The notes under the pieces: generated by a model
Seen by the model: the letters and a program-made list of their open reading frames with translations, nothing else
What the model was told of the DNA's origin: nothing
Database searches by the model: none
Program-made: the position numbers and the translations under genes
Assembly: GCA_965261225.1 (NCBI GenBank)
Contig: OZ253456.1
Coordinates: 264,431 to 328,430 of the forward strand
Length of the DNA stretch: 64,000 bases
Source of the DNA: Dehalococcoidia bacterium
Lineage (GTDB): Bacteria > Chloroflexota > Dehalococcoidia > Bin125
Direction: 5' to 3'
In this document: piece by piece, positions 18,956 through 28,837 of the stretch
Numbering within the stretch: the stretch's first letter is position 1
How the letters are laid out: every line of letters starts with the position of its first letter

Positions 18956-20511
18956 GGGCGGAATGTCGGGCCGGAGCCGGGACCGAGCTGCGTCTTGATC
19001 ACGCCCTGCGCCATCTCGACGAAGTCGCACAGACGCGCGCGCGTCTCCCGAGGGTCGATTAGATCGAGCCCGCTCGCCTCCGCCGTGCGGAACGGCGAGG
19101 AGATGCGCTGGAAGGTCTCTTCCAGTTCCAGCCGCTTCGCCTCCGGGTCGGGCGCGGATTCGATCACGCGCCGGAACGCGGCGCTGGTGCCGCCCTCGAT
19201 ATGCATCGATCCCCAATGGCCCGAGACCCAGGCGTAGCGTCGATACAGATGCGGGCCGGGACGGAACTGGAGACTCCCCGCCAGCCCATACGACTGCCGG
19301 CAGATGAACGAAATCCAGGGCATCTGGCTGTTGACGATCGAATAGACCAGTCGCGACCCCGCCCGCTCGATGCCCTGCTCCTCCGACATCGGTCCGACGA
19401 GGAATCCCGGGTCGTCCATCAGCACGACCATCGGAATGTGGAAGGTGTCGCAGAGTTGGACCAGTCGCGCCGACTTCTCGGCGGCGGCGACATCCATCGA
19501 ACCGCCACGCTGATAGGGGTTGTTGGCCATGACTCCGACCGGATAGCCGTGGGCACGCGCCAGACCGATAATCCGCGACGTCCCGTAATCCGGGGCGATC
19601 TCGAAGAACGAACCCTCGTCCAGCACGCTCTCCAGGATCACGCGTGTGTTGTAGGGTCGCCGCTTGCTGCGCGGAATCAGCGTGAGCAGGCGTTCATCGC
19701 GGCGGTTGGGATCGTCGCTGGTGTCGCCGCGCGGCGGCATCTCCCAGACGTTGTCGGGCAGGTAGCTGAGGAACTGCTTGACCTGGGCGATGGCGTCCGG
19801 CTCGTTCTCGGCCACATTGTCGACAACTCCGCTGATCCGCGTGTGGACGGCGTATCCGCCCAGCTCTTCCTTGTCGATGTCGAGTCCGAGGGCCGCTTTG
19901 ACAACCGGCGGACCACCGGGGAACACCTGACCTGTGCCCTTGGCGATCACGCTGAAATGGCTGAGGCAGGGAATTGGCGCGAGACCGCCGGCCGCGGGGC
20001 CGAGGACTGCGGAGGCCACGGGCGCGATGTTGAGGATCTTGCAGTAGTCCCCGAAAAACGCGCCATCGGGAATGTAGGTCCGGCCCAGGTCGGAGAACTC
20101 CGTCACGCTGCCGCCTGCGCCGTCGATCAGGTTGATCGTCGGTAACCGCAACTCGGTTGGGATTGGGTGACCGTGTCCGATGTCGACGCCGCCGTCGTCG
20201 GTGCGAGCGGATCCGCCACGAACCGTAAAGTCCTGCCCGCGGATATAGACGCGACGACCGTTGACCTTGGCCAGGCCGCGCACGCTGCTGACGGGCGTGA
20301 AGTCGGTCAGCTCGCCCTCTTCGTTGTACGTCGCGCGGCCCTGAAGCTTGCCCATCTCGTCGAAGCTGCCCGGGTCGACCAACAGCTCGAGTCGCTCGCG
20401 CACCGTGAGTTTGCCTTGCCGATGCTGCCGCTCGATCCCCGACGGACCGCCCATGGCCTCTTTCATTGCATGGCGACGCGCCAGCTCGTCGATCTCTTGC
20501 TGCCAGCTCAT
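18952..20511 (-). CDS. Acyl-CoA carboxylase carboxyltransferase (beta) subunit (propionyl/methylmalonyl-CoA carboxyltransferase family).
   Basis: N- and C-terminal carboxyltransferase halves (..RGQDFTVRGGSA.., ..VAENEPDAIAQVKQFLSYLP..); ~520 aa. Confidence 0.85.
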   Translation of the reverse strand: MSWQQEIDELARRHAMKEAMGGPSGIERQHRQGKLTVRERLELLVDPGSFDEMGKLQGRATYNEEGELTDFTPVSSVRGLAKVNGRRVYIRGQDFTVRGGSARTDDGGVDIGHGHPIPTELRLPTINLIDGAGGSVTEFSDLGRTYIPDGAFFGDYCKILNIAPVASAVLGPAAGGLAPIPCLSHFSVIAKGTGQVFPGGPPVVKAALGLDIDKEELGGYAVHTRISGVVDNVAENEPDAIAQVKQFLSYLPDNVWEMPPRGDTSDDPNRRDERLLTLIPRSKRRPYNTRVILESVLDEGSFFEIAPDYGTSRIIGLARAHGYPVGVMANNPYQRGGSMDVAAAEKSARLVQLCDTFHIPMVVLMDDPGFLVGPMSEEQGIERAGSRLVYSIVNSQMPWISFICRQSYGLAGSLQFRPGPHLYRRYAWVSGHWGSMHIEGGTSAAFRRVIESAPDPEAKRLELEETFQRISSPFRTAEASGLDLIDPRETRARLCDFVEMAQGVIKTQLGPGSGPTFRP

Positions 20512-20770
20512 GGATAACTCCTTTGGCGCCCGTTCGTACATCAATGTGTAACCGCGGCGAAGCGCGGACCTCCGTCAGGCTATCGCCGGGGCGACGAGCA
20601 GACGCCCGGTACCGGCTTGCGCAACGGCGACGTGGACTCGGGCTTGTTCGCACGGCCGGCGATGTGTTCGGTCGAGGCGTGTGTTGTGGTCATGGGCAGT
20701 TTCAGGTTTTCGATGGGACTTTTTTTCCTGGGCTGGTTTGGGGGCGATCTTCAGTGCATAGCTGGAGATC

Positions 20771-20810
20771 GTGTTTCAGGTTTTTTCAGGTTTTTTCAGG
20801 TTTTTTCGGT
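20771..20810. repeat. Four tandem 10-bp repeats TTTTTTCAGG within a 560-bp GT-rich intergenic region.
   Basis: gtgtttcagg ttttttcagg ttttttcagg ttttttcggt, read directly. Confidence 0.8.
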
Positions 20811-21102
20811 CTAGTTGAGGGAATTCTGGTCGGTTGTTGTTCCGGTCTGTTCGGATCTGTGCGGATTGGGACGAACCGGTTCGCCGAGTTGTCGCGCTGT
20901 GCGTGGTGGTTAGATGGTGTTCGAGGGCGTACCGGGTTGTGGCTGGGCGTGGAGTTGACATTGGCTTCGCCCTTCAAGCGCTCATGTGTTCTGATGATAA
21001 CGTGGCTCGGCAAGATCGGAGCTGAGGCGCAGGGATTGGTCCGGGGTTGGCCGTCGCGAGCGTTCTGTGTGAACAGGTCCTAGCGAAATATGCGCCACAT
21101 GC

Positions 21103-21432
21103 GTGGAATATTCTGAGCAGATGATGTCCGGCGACGATGGTGATGTTCCCGCTCGGGGACGCATCATATTTTCTCCGCGAGTAAAGAACACGCTGTTCGT
21201 GGAGCAGCGTGGTCGCTGCATGTATTGCGGTCGCCGCATGAGCAACCGTTACCTCGAGATCGACCACAAGTGGCCAGTCAGTCGTAACGGTGGGAACGAG
21301 CGCTCGAATCTGCAGTTGCTGTGCACGGCCTGCAACATGCGCAAGGGAATCCAGACCGACGAGGAGTTTCGCTCACGCTATTGGCGCTTGTTGCCGCCCG
21401 ACAGGACGATCCCCGAACCGCCAATCGGATAA
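21103..21432 (+). CDS. Free-standing small HNH endonuclease.
   Basis: CMYCGRRMSNRYLEIDHKWPVSRNGGNERSNLQLLCTACNMRKG (HNH with Zn-binding Cys pairs); 109 aa; ~0.5 kb of non-coding DNA on each side; TAA stop. Confidence 0.8.
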   Translation: MEYSEQMMSGDDGDVPARGRIIFSPRVKNTLFVEQRGRCMYCGRRMSNRYLEIDHKWPVSRNGGNERSNLQLLCTACNMRKGIQTDEEFRSRYWRLLPPDRTIPEPPIG

Positions 21433-21891
21433 GAACTGTTCACTGCAGAAACGCAATGGACTCGGGCCTCGCCGGAGGTACGTTCCATCTACCGCGAACG
21501 CTTCACAAGTGCGAGGCGTCGCCGTCAGCCAGCTGGGTTCGAAGGCGAAAACCCGAATGGATGTTTGACGGCTCCTCTGCTGCTGATCGTCGCTCTTCTC
21601 GTGGCGGCGCTCTCATTGCGTGGCAGCTGAGGCCGATCCTGCGAGTGCTTCGTTCCTGCTGTTGCACTCTTGACCGGTACTCGGACTCCCAGCCGGGAAG
21701 CAAACTTCGCGCTGTTCGGGTAGCCCGAGCTTGCAAGCAGTGATGTTGCAGTGAGGTCTCGATGACCATTGCCAAGTCCGCGCTCTGACCGCCTCGTCGC
21801 CCAATGCCGGCGACGGGTCAATGTCGCCGTCCGAAACGCTACTCAGTCGTCTCGGCGACTGGAAACTCCTGGTGACCAGGTTTCGTCACGC

Positions 21892-22596
21892 TTATGCCAG
21901 AAGTCTGGCGGCCAACTCCACGAAGTCGTCCACGATGATCTCGGGCTGATACTCCGAGTCCTCCGTGGGCAGCTTGTACCGGTTGATGTAGGCAGCTTTG
22001 AAACCGCAGGTCTGTGCGCCCAGAAGATCAAAGGCGTGCGCCGCGACCATCATGATCTCGCCGGGCTCACACTCCAGCCGTTGTATCGCTTTGCGGTATA
22101 TCCCAGGTGACGGCTTGAACGCACCAACCTGGTCCACGGAAATAATGGCATCGAACGTGATCGGGACGTTGTTGCCCAGCAACTCCTCCAGGTACCACTG
22201 CTCACCGTTGGACAGGGCGACCAGCTTGTATCGTCCCGCCAACGAGCGCAGCCCTTCGATGGCGTCGGCGTAGGGCTGTAAGTTCTTGTACACCTGCATG
22301 AACTCCTGGACCGCGTCGGCGGTGTAACTGACGTTGTGCTTCTTCAGGCAGTAGACGAAGGCCCGGCGGCAGGTCTCGAGGTAGCCGCTATGTCCGAGCA
22401 TCAACAGATTGTCCTGGTATTGCTCGATGCGCTGCCGTCCCCGCCAATCGTCGTAGAACGCCTGCCCCGTCATCTCGGAGCCATGAGCCGCCAGGAATAC
22501 TCCGGCGGGACCGGCCAGGCTGCCGGTCAGGTCCATGACGGTACCGAAGATGTCGAAGGTCAGGTAGTTCACGCGAGCCAGGAATCCGTCGGCCAT
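21892..22596 (-). CDS. HAD-superfamily hydrolase, haloacid dehalogenase type II-like.
   Basis: N-terminal FDIFGTVMD nucleophile motif; ..SNG..; C-terminal D-rich motif; 234 aa. Confidence 0.75.
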   Translation of the reverse strand: MADGFLARVNYLTFDIFGTVMDLTGSLAGPAGVFLAAHGSEMTGQAFYDDWRGRQRIEQYQDNLLMLGHSGYLETCRRAFVYCLKKHNVSYTADAVQEFMQVYKNLQPYADAIEGLRSLAGRYKLVALSNGEQWYLEELLGNNVPITFDAIISVDQVGAFKPSPGIYRKAIQRLECEPGEIMMVAAHAFDLLGAQTCGFKAAYINRYKLPTEDSEYQPEIIVDDFVELAARLLA

Positions 22597-22673
22597 GCGG
22601 CGCCTCCTCTAGCTGAACCACTCTGAGTTCCGCTCGCCGATGATGATAGCCCTGACGCTGGTAGACTTGGCGC

Positions 22674-23519
22674 ATGCTTGATGGTGTGAGTGTTTGCCTG
22701 TCGTTTGATTTTGATGCGATTTCCATTTGGGTTGGGCCGCGGCAGTCGAAGTCGCCGAATCTCATCGCACGAGGCGAGTTCGGCAGGGTGGGAGCGGAGC
22801 GTCTGCTCAAGCTCTTCGATGAGCGCCAGATTCCCACGACCTGGTTCATGCCCGGTCATACGATCGATACGTATCCCGAGACGTGCCGGAACATCGCCGA
22901 TGCGGGCCACGAGATTGGTTACCACGGATATTGCCATGAGGCGCCGTCGTCGGGACGGGACGAAGCGGACGAGCGCGCGATTCTTGAGCGGTCGATCGAA
23001 TGCATCGAGCGTGTGGCCGGGCGACCGCCCGTTGGTCAGCGGCTGCCCGGTGGCAACCTGGGCACGCGCTGGCTCGACCTCTTGCTTGAGCACGGGTTCT
23101 CGTACGACAGCTCGATGGCGCCCAACGACTACCAGCCCACCTACTGCCGGACCGGAGACGTCGTCAGGACGGACGGGCCGCACGAGTTTGGCGCTGAGGT
23201 GGATCTGGTGGAGTTGCCGTTCGACTGGAACCTCGATGACTGGCCCTACTTCACCCACGATCTGCGGACCGGGCTCGAAGGGATGCGCTCGCCGAACGAG
23301 GTGTACGACATCTGGGCTGCGGATTTCGACTACCTCTATCAGAAGGTCGGCTCGGGAGTGCTGGTACTGACGATGCATCCCCAGTGCATCGGCAAAGGCA
23401 GCCGGATGCTAATGCTCGAACGGCTGATCGACCACATGCAGAGCCACGAGGGCGTGCGCTTTCGGACGATGGAGGACGTGGCCGCAGAGTTCCGATTGGC
23501 AACCCCCAGACGCGACTGA
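22674..23519 (+). CDS. Polysaccharide deacetylase (NodB/PuuE-like) family protein.
   Basis: ..WFMPGHTIDTYPE..AGHEIGYHGYCHE.. metal-binding motifs; 281 aa. Confidence 0.75.
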   Translation: MLDGVSVCLSFDFDAISIWVGPRQSKSPNLIARGEFGRVGAERLLKLFDERQIPTTWFMPGHTIDTYPETCRNIADAGHEIGYHGYCHEAPSSGRDEADERAILERSIECIERVAGRPPVGQRLPGGNLGTRWLDLLLEHGFSYDSSMAPNDYQPTYCRTGDVVRTDGPHEFGAEVDLVELPFDWNLDDWPYFTHDLRTGLEGMRSPNEVYDIWAADFDYLYQKVGSGVLVLTMHPQCIGKGSRMLMLERLIDHMQSHEGVRFRTMEDVAAEFRLATPRRD

Positions 23520-23550
23520 GCGACTTGTCCGCGACGACGTCCAGGATGTT

Positions 23551-24928
23551 TCACTGCCGAGTAGGCGCCTGTCGGAGCCGTTGGCCCAACGAAGTAGCGG
23601 AGGCTTGAGGTTGACGACGGCCGGCAAGACGGCCTACACGATCAGGCTGATTGCCGCTCTGGCGATGCCGAGGAAGAGCAGGAAACCGAATACGTCCGTG
23701 AATGTGGTCACGACGACGGCCGATGCGACCGCGGGATCGACCCCCCATGCGGCGCAGGAACAGAGGCACCGCCGCCCCGACTGAGCCGGCGATGATCATG
23801 TTGCCCAACATGGCTACCCCGAGGACCAGCGCGAGGCCGTAGTTCTGCTTCCCGAGGATCGCAATCACTGCCACGAGGATGCCCAACCAGACGCCATGCA
23901 GGACACCGAGCACGGCTTCGCGGACCAGCAGTCGCCGGGCCGAGACACCGACGAGTTCGCCCAACGCGATGGTGCGCACGATCAATGTCAGCGTCTGAGT
24001 TCCGCCGATGCCCCCCTGCCCGGCGACGACCGGCAAGAAGGCCGCCAGCACGACTACCTGGGTCAGCGTGGATTCGAACAGGGCGATCGTCGCGGCGGCG
24101 AGGAAGGTCGTTGCGAGATTGACCGTGAGCCAGGGCAGCCGCGTGCGAATGGCGCTCCAGATCGGACCGTCCACCGACTCGCCGGCCACACTGGCGACGC
24201 AAACGGGCGCATTCGTGCGCCTCAGTTTCGGTCGACACCGACGCGACGATTGGCAGGCTGAGCGACTCGATCGGCGCGTCGCTCTGGGCCAGCGCCAAAT
24301 CGACCATGGGGATCTGTCCGAGCAGTTGATCGCCGGGTCCCACGACAAACACGTAGGTGAACATGAGCCGGTCCAGCGACAGTGCGCGAACGCTGTCGCG
24401 CGCGTCCTCGGCCGTGCCGTCGATTGAGACCAACGGATATTCGGCGACCATCAGCGAGCCTGCGCTATTGGTCGCTTGAACGTTCAGGTCGATGTCGGTC
24501 AATGCCTCGTCCAGCGTCCCGGCCAGTGCCTGCGAACGATGTAACGGCAGCCGTCGCAGTGTCGCGAGTGCATGCTGCGGGTGCATCTGCTGCAACACGA
24601 ACGTGAGCGCCTGTACCCCAAGTCGGGTGCCCACCCGCGCCGCCTCGACGGGATTCATCTGGCGCAGCATCCAGGCGACCGTGTCGGGCGACATGACGCG
24701 AACCATGGTGTCGCGGCTCGTGCGCGGCAGGCCGGAGATGATCAGGCCCATATCGGCCGGGTGCAGGCTTCGCACGCGCTCGAACGCGAGATATTCCTGG
24801 CCCGAGGCAATCAGCTCGCGGACTTCCCTGGCGATGGCAGACACTTCGTTGAGTGAGATCGCCCGGCCAGGGCGGATGCTTCTCGCCTCGAGATCCAGAG
24901 GTGGCGCGTTGTCTGTGTGGTCAACCAC
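23551..24928 (-). pseudogene. mgtE: Magnesium transporter MgtE, disrupted by a frameshift plus a short internal deletion between the CBS pair and the membrane domain.
   Basis: The N-terminal and CBS regions are good in ORF 23708..24928 up to ..EAHECARLRRQ. The TM domain (..RLPWLTVNLATTFLAAATIALFE..GGIGGTQTL..) is in ORF 23551..24348 in another frame, and the linker is shorter than in intact MgtE. Confidence 0.65.
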
Positions 24929-25005
24929 GGCGGTCCCTCCAGTGGTCTGATGAGGCGGAAACGATAGCGAGCATTGAGTCGGGAGTCGACCAGTCTCTTC
25001 CGAGG

Positions 25006-25421
25006 TCAGCGCAGAATGGGCAGCGCCTCCAAAGCGGTTTTGAACCGGCGTTGTAGGTCTCGCAGGCGCTCGGGGTCAACCTGCTGAGCAGCGCGGTCGT
25101 ACCACGGATCCAACAGGTACCAGCTGCGATTCATCTCAATCTGAATCCAAGCTATGCCGCCGTCGGCAAACCCCTGCCCGTGCCGACGAGTGATATGCCC
25201 GCCCTGGAACGGATCGATCAGCCGAATCTCCGCGCCTGGTCGACGGTCATCCACTCGTTGAGACGCAACAGCGCCTCGATCAATCGGCCCTTGAGGATGA
25301 CCTCTCGCTCGTTGGAGCGCTCCTCGGCCAGTTCTTCACGCGGAACGAACGTCCAGCCCAACGCGACCAGGAGATCGCGTGCGGGGTTGGCGGCGGGAGG
25401 AAATTCGGCGAGCGGCGCCAA
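25006..25421 (-). pseudogene. hsdR: HsdR/Res N-terminal (PD-(D/E)xK, HSDR_N-like) fragment split over two frames.
   Basis: DLLVALGWTFV..VILKGRLIEALLRLNEW (25218..25421), then ..RRHGQGFADGGIAWIQIEMN.. (25006..25254) in another frame; the helicase part is absent. Confidence 0.5.
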
Positions 25422-25716
25422 TTTGGCGCTGTGGGCTGGGAATTTGCGCCTGAGGTGTCCGGATTAGTCCAGATTTGTCCAGATTTGGATAGTTTGGGCT
25501 AGATTCTGACGGTGTTTGTCGCCGAAAATCTCGCTGGGTCTGGGAATGTTGGGGCGTTCGGGTTGAGGCTGGGGACGGTCATGGCGATCTCGCTGGTTCG
25601 CTGCGCGGGGTTTCGCGTCGGCCATTGTATGCGGACGGGCGTTCTGTTGGGGTGGAAGATCAGCAGTGCTTCACTCTGTTCAAGTCGATGGTGCTCGGTT
25701 GGACTCTCGAATCTGG

Positions 25717-26586
25717 TCAAGCATCATTCCCGCCGTTCGGAGAGTGGGCAGACAACTCCCCTCTTTGACGCAAGAGGTGTTCTATGGTCTCAATGACGCA
25801 CTTTGCCTTATACACCACACCGAGATCGATCATTTGGTGAGTCGTCACAACAGCCTTTACTGCAGCCGGGACTTCCACAAATGTCAGTTGGCCATCGTCC
25901 TCTTGCCGAAAGACTCGGCCAAGAACTCCCAGGAAATGAAACTGCTGGGCTTGTCGCAATCTGCCGTCAACTTCGCGCCATGGCCCTGCTCTGAGCAGAA
26001 AGACCGGGCTGCCGCTACTGCCGGGAAAGACCGAGGCGTCGATGAGGGAGAGCGGCTCGCCTCCATAATCGATGGACGGGTGCGTGGCGATGATGCCCTT
26101 GCGGAATATCGGCAGATTATGCGCTCGATCAAACATTCCATTTGGATAACCAACGAAGACGACGTCCTCTACAACGTCGAATGTCGCTAGGGTGTGTTCA
26201 TCGGGAATCATGTCTGTAGGGATGCTCTTGTAGAAGACTGAGATACTACGCTCCAACAGGTGATTCAGAGCGCCTCCAAGTGGAAGCACCGCAATGTCTA
26301 TCTCGTCAGAAGGGTGCCCGGTCCACTCCCAGCTCCCGTCGCTAAACGTAACTGCATATGCCTCTCCGAGTCGGGGATGTTGATCTGGACTGTCCCCTTC
26401 GCTGAGAGCGAAGGAGAGCTTCCCTGCCGTGGTTCCGGCCACCACGTGCTTGTTTGTGACGAGAAATGGACCTTCTTTCCCGTCCGCCCACTTGTGGTTC
26501 ACAATCGCACCCGTGCCAATGCTCGTTCTGGTCTGGATCCTCAATGTTGAGAACAGGAGCTGTTCAGCAAACGTCTCAACCTTCAT
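25717..26586 (-). CDS. Cytoplasmic trypsin-like (S1/chymotrypsin fold) serine protease.
   Basis: His (TNKHVV), Asp (DIAVLPL), Ser (GSSGSPVF) triad in canonical order; no signal peptide; the start ATG overlaps the stop of the upstream hsdS-like gene (ATGA). Confidence 0.8.
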   Translation of the reverse strand: MKVETFAEQLLFSTLRIQTRTSIGTGAIVNHKWADGKEGPFLVTNKHVVAGTTAGKLSFALSEGDSPDQHPRLGEAYAVTFSDGSWEWTGHPSDEIDIAVLPLGGALNHLLERSISVFYKSIPTDMIPDEHTLATFDVVEDVVFVGYPNGMFDRAHNLPIFRKGIIATHPSIDYGGEPLSLIDASVFPGSSGSPVFLLRAGPWREVDGRLRQAQQFHFLGVLGRVFRQEDDGQLTFVEVPAAVKAVVTTHQMIDLGVVYKAKCVIETIEHLLRQRGELSAHSPNGGNDA

Positions 26587-27410
26587 GCCGGCCCCTCTTT
26601 TCGAATGACAGAAGTTCGCCGACGCCCTGAGAGCAGCGCGTCCGCGATTGATGCATTGCAGATCTTCAGAGTATCGCGATGCTCGGCGTTCCGATCAACC
26701 GTCTGATCGATTGTGTGGATGACGGTGGCGATCTTCTGCTGTTCTAAATGTGGCGGCAGAGATACGCGAAGCGAGCGCACACCGTCACGTGAGATTTCCA
26801 GGAAGGTGCTGCCAGCGGCTCTCCTCTCGAGGTCGCGTTTCATCGCCGTTGCCAGGTAGTAGAGCCAGGTTCCGTCAGTTTGGGAGTTGGGGATCAGATT
26901 CTGGAAACCCTGATTGGTCGTGACCGGGATCTGGTTGACGGCGGTGGCTCCAATCGTTGCTCGACTTGTCAGCAGGACGGAACCAGCGGGAATCACTCGC
27001 AGTCCAGCGGAGGTCATCCCCTTTGCTGAAATCGTCTCTCGCGACCTTGTCAATTCCATCCCCGGCAACTCAGTGATCTCGGATGGTGTGACCCAGGGAA
27101 TGTCGCCACCCCAGTACTCCGGCTTGCTCCGCGAAGGCGTCGTCCCGCCAACAACTTCGCACACATCGCCCAAACGCACTACGTCCCAGCGGGCGGGCAT
27201 GGTTCCGAGGCCTTGGACTTGCTTCCACTCTGTGTGGCGACCGGGGAGGTCTCGGGCGAGGAGGTCGTGGAGCAGGGCGTCGCGCAGATGCTCGGTGGCG
27301 GCAGCATCGTCGCGAGCGTGACGCCGCGATAGCTGCGGCGCGACGGACTGCGCACAATCGGCCAGGGGATCAGTGCCAGGTCGTCGGCTGGGAGAGAGCC
27401 GTCGGTGCAA
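26583..27410 (-). CDS. hsdS: Type I restriction-modification specificity subunit, single-TRD (half-size) HsdS-like; start uncertain.
   Basis: WDVVRLGDVCEVVGGTTPSRSKPEYWGGDIPWVTPSEI..NQGFQNLIP..LYYL..LPPHLEQQKIATVIHTIDQ is the HsdS TRD plus conserved coiled-coil region. No hsdM in the window. Confidence 0.7.
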   Translation of the reverse strand: MHRRLSPSRRPGTDPLADCAQSVAPQLSRRHARDDAAATEHLRDALLHDLLARDLPGRHTEWKQVQGLGTMPARWDVVRLGDVCEVVGGTTPSRSKPEYWGGDIPWVTPSEITELPGMELTRSRETISAKGMTSAGLRVIPAGSVLLTSRATIGATAVNQIPVTTNQGFQNLIPNSQTDGTWLYYLATAMKRDLERRAAGSTFLEISRDGVRSLRVSLPPHLEQQKIATVIHTIDQTVDRNAEHRDTLKICNASIADALLSGRRRTSVIRKEGPA

Positions 27411-27720
27411 CGCATGTCGACATCGAATTGATGCTCGCCGGCGCGGGCGGTGATCAGCGCTCCGTTCGGATCACCCGACTTGAGGCCGATCACATTGCGC
27501 GCGCGGGCAGACGCCGCTTCAATCAGCTGGCTTCCTCCTGAACCGCTCGCAGCGCCGTCACTGGTGAGCAGGATTGCGACGCGCAGCTGCCGCAGCCGAC
27601 GGATGTGCCTCAGGCCGCGCAGTGCGGCCAGCGCCACAGCGATTCCACCCTTGGTCTCAGCGGCGCCGGCGCCGTAGATGCGGCGGTCGTCGGCCAGGCG
27701 CTCGGCGCCAAAGTAGCGAA
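27390..27720 (-). pseudogene. Internal fragment of an M20-family metallopeptidase fused in-frame to the 3' end of ddl.
   Basis: ..RIYGAGAAETKGGIAVALAALRGL..LRVAILLTSDGAASGSGGS.. matches the M20 GxADmKGG and DEExG region; the N-terminal His/Asp ligand region is absent and the frame decays after ..FDVDMRC. Confidence 0.45.
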
Positions 27721-28693
27721 TCGCCGCCACATCCAGCATGCGGTTGACCATCGCGTCATATGAGTAACCGGCCGTTTGTGCCGAGTGCGCGTAGGTTCCG
27801 GTCAGACCGAGTGAGTCCATCGAGTTGATTTCGAGGATGTACGGTTTGAGGTCCGCGTCCAGGCGTATGTCGACTCGGGCGAAGTCGTATAGCTCCAGAC
27901 TGCGAAACGCCCGCTTCGCCAGCTCTTGCAAGTCGGCGGTCTGTTCATCGGTCAGCGGCGCCGGACAGAGCTTGCCGCGCGGAGTCCGCAGCTTGTTCGA
28001 GTCGGTTTGAATCGCGTTTGGGTCCCCGTCGAGGTCGATCTCGACGATCGGCAGTACCTCGGGATTGCCGTTGCCGAGCAGGCCGATGGCCAGTTCACGC
28101 CCGGCAATGAACTGTTCAACCAGCACATGCTGGCCAAACTCGTTGATGATCGTGGCGACGGCCTCATGCAGGTCGTCCTGGTTCTGAACGGTCCGGATGC
28201 CGTAGGAGACTGCCTCCTTTTTTGGTTTGACGATCAGCGGATGCTCGCGGCTGCACTCCAGGTCCTCGAACCGGTCGTCTGGGGATGCGAAGTTTCAGAA
28301 CTTCGCCGTCGGCAGCCCGGCGGCCTGGAACATGATCTTGGCGATCACTTTATCCAGCGCCATGCCGTGAGCCTGTGGCCCGGAGCCGACGTAGGGGACG
28401 CCGAGCATTTCAAGCATCGCCGGCATGTGCGTGTATCGCGACACGCCCTGGATGCCGTAGGCCATGTTGAAGACCATGCCTGGTCGCTCGCCGGCGATCA
28501 CGCGCGGCATGAAGTCCTGCAACTGCTCAACCACGTGCATGTTGCCGTCGATGATGCGCACAGTGTGTCCGCCCGAGTCGAGCGCACGAGCGACGCGCTC
28601 AACCGTGCGAGGGTTGTAGCGCTCGCGATTCTGCGGTCCGAAGACGTTGATCACTCCGCTGGCATCACGATTGTGGACTACTGCTACGCGCAT
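27715..28693 (-). pseudogene. ddl: D-alanine--D-alanine ligase interrupted by an in-frame TGA (28293-28295).
   Basis: N-terminal ORF 28295..28693 (MRVAVVHNRDASGV..AGLPTAKF*); the same frame continues NFASPDDRFEDLE..HPLIVKPKKEAVSYGIR..LVEQFIAGRELAIGLLG..LKPYILEINSMDSLG..GYSYDAMVNRMLDVAA. Confidence 0.7.
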
Positions 28694-28837
28694 CGGTAGG
28701 CGCTCCCAAGATCGCTCGTAGCATGATTGGTTGACTCACGCCGGAGCAAGTGGATAAGACTCCAAGTACCATCCACTTGCCCACAAGTGACCACAGCTGC
28801 TGGCTACAGGCCGTAACTGCGTTGGCGACACGGCGCC

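Noticed and set aside
20771-20810. Short tandem repeats (also 29463..29528, 44943..44994) as CRISPR arrays
   Set aside because: Units of 10-17 bp, contiguous with no spacers and no cas genes.
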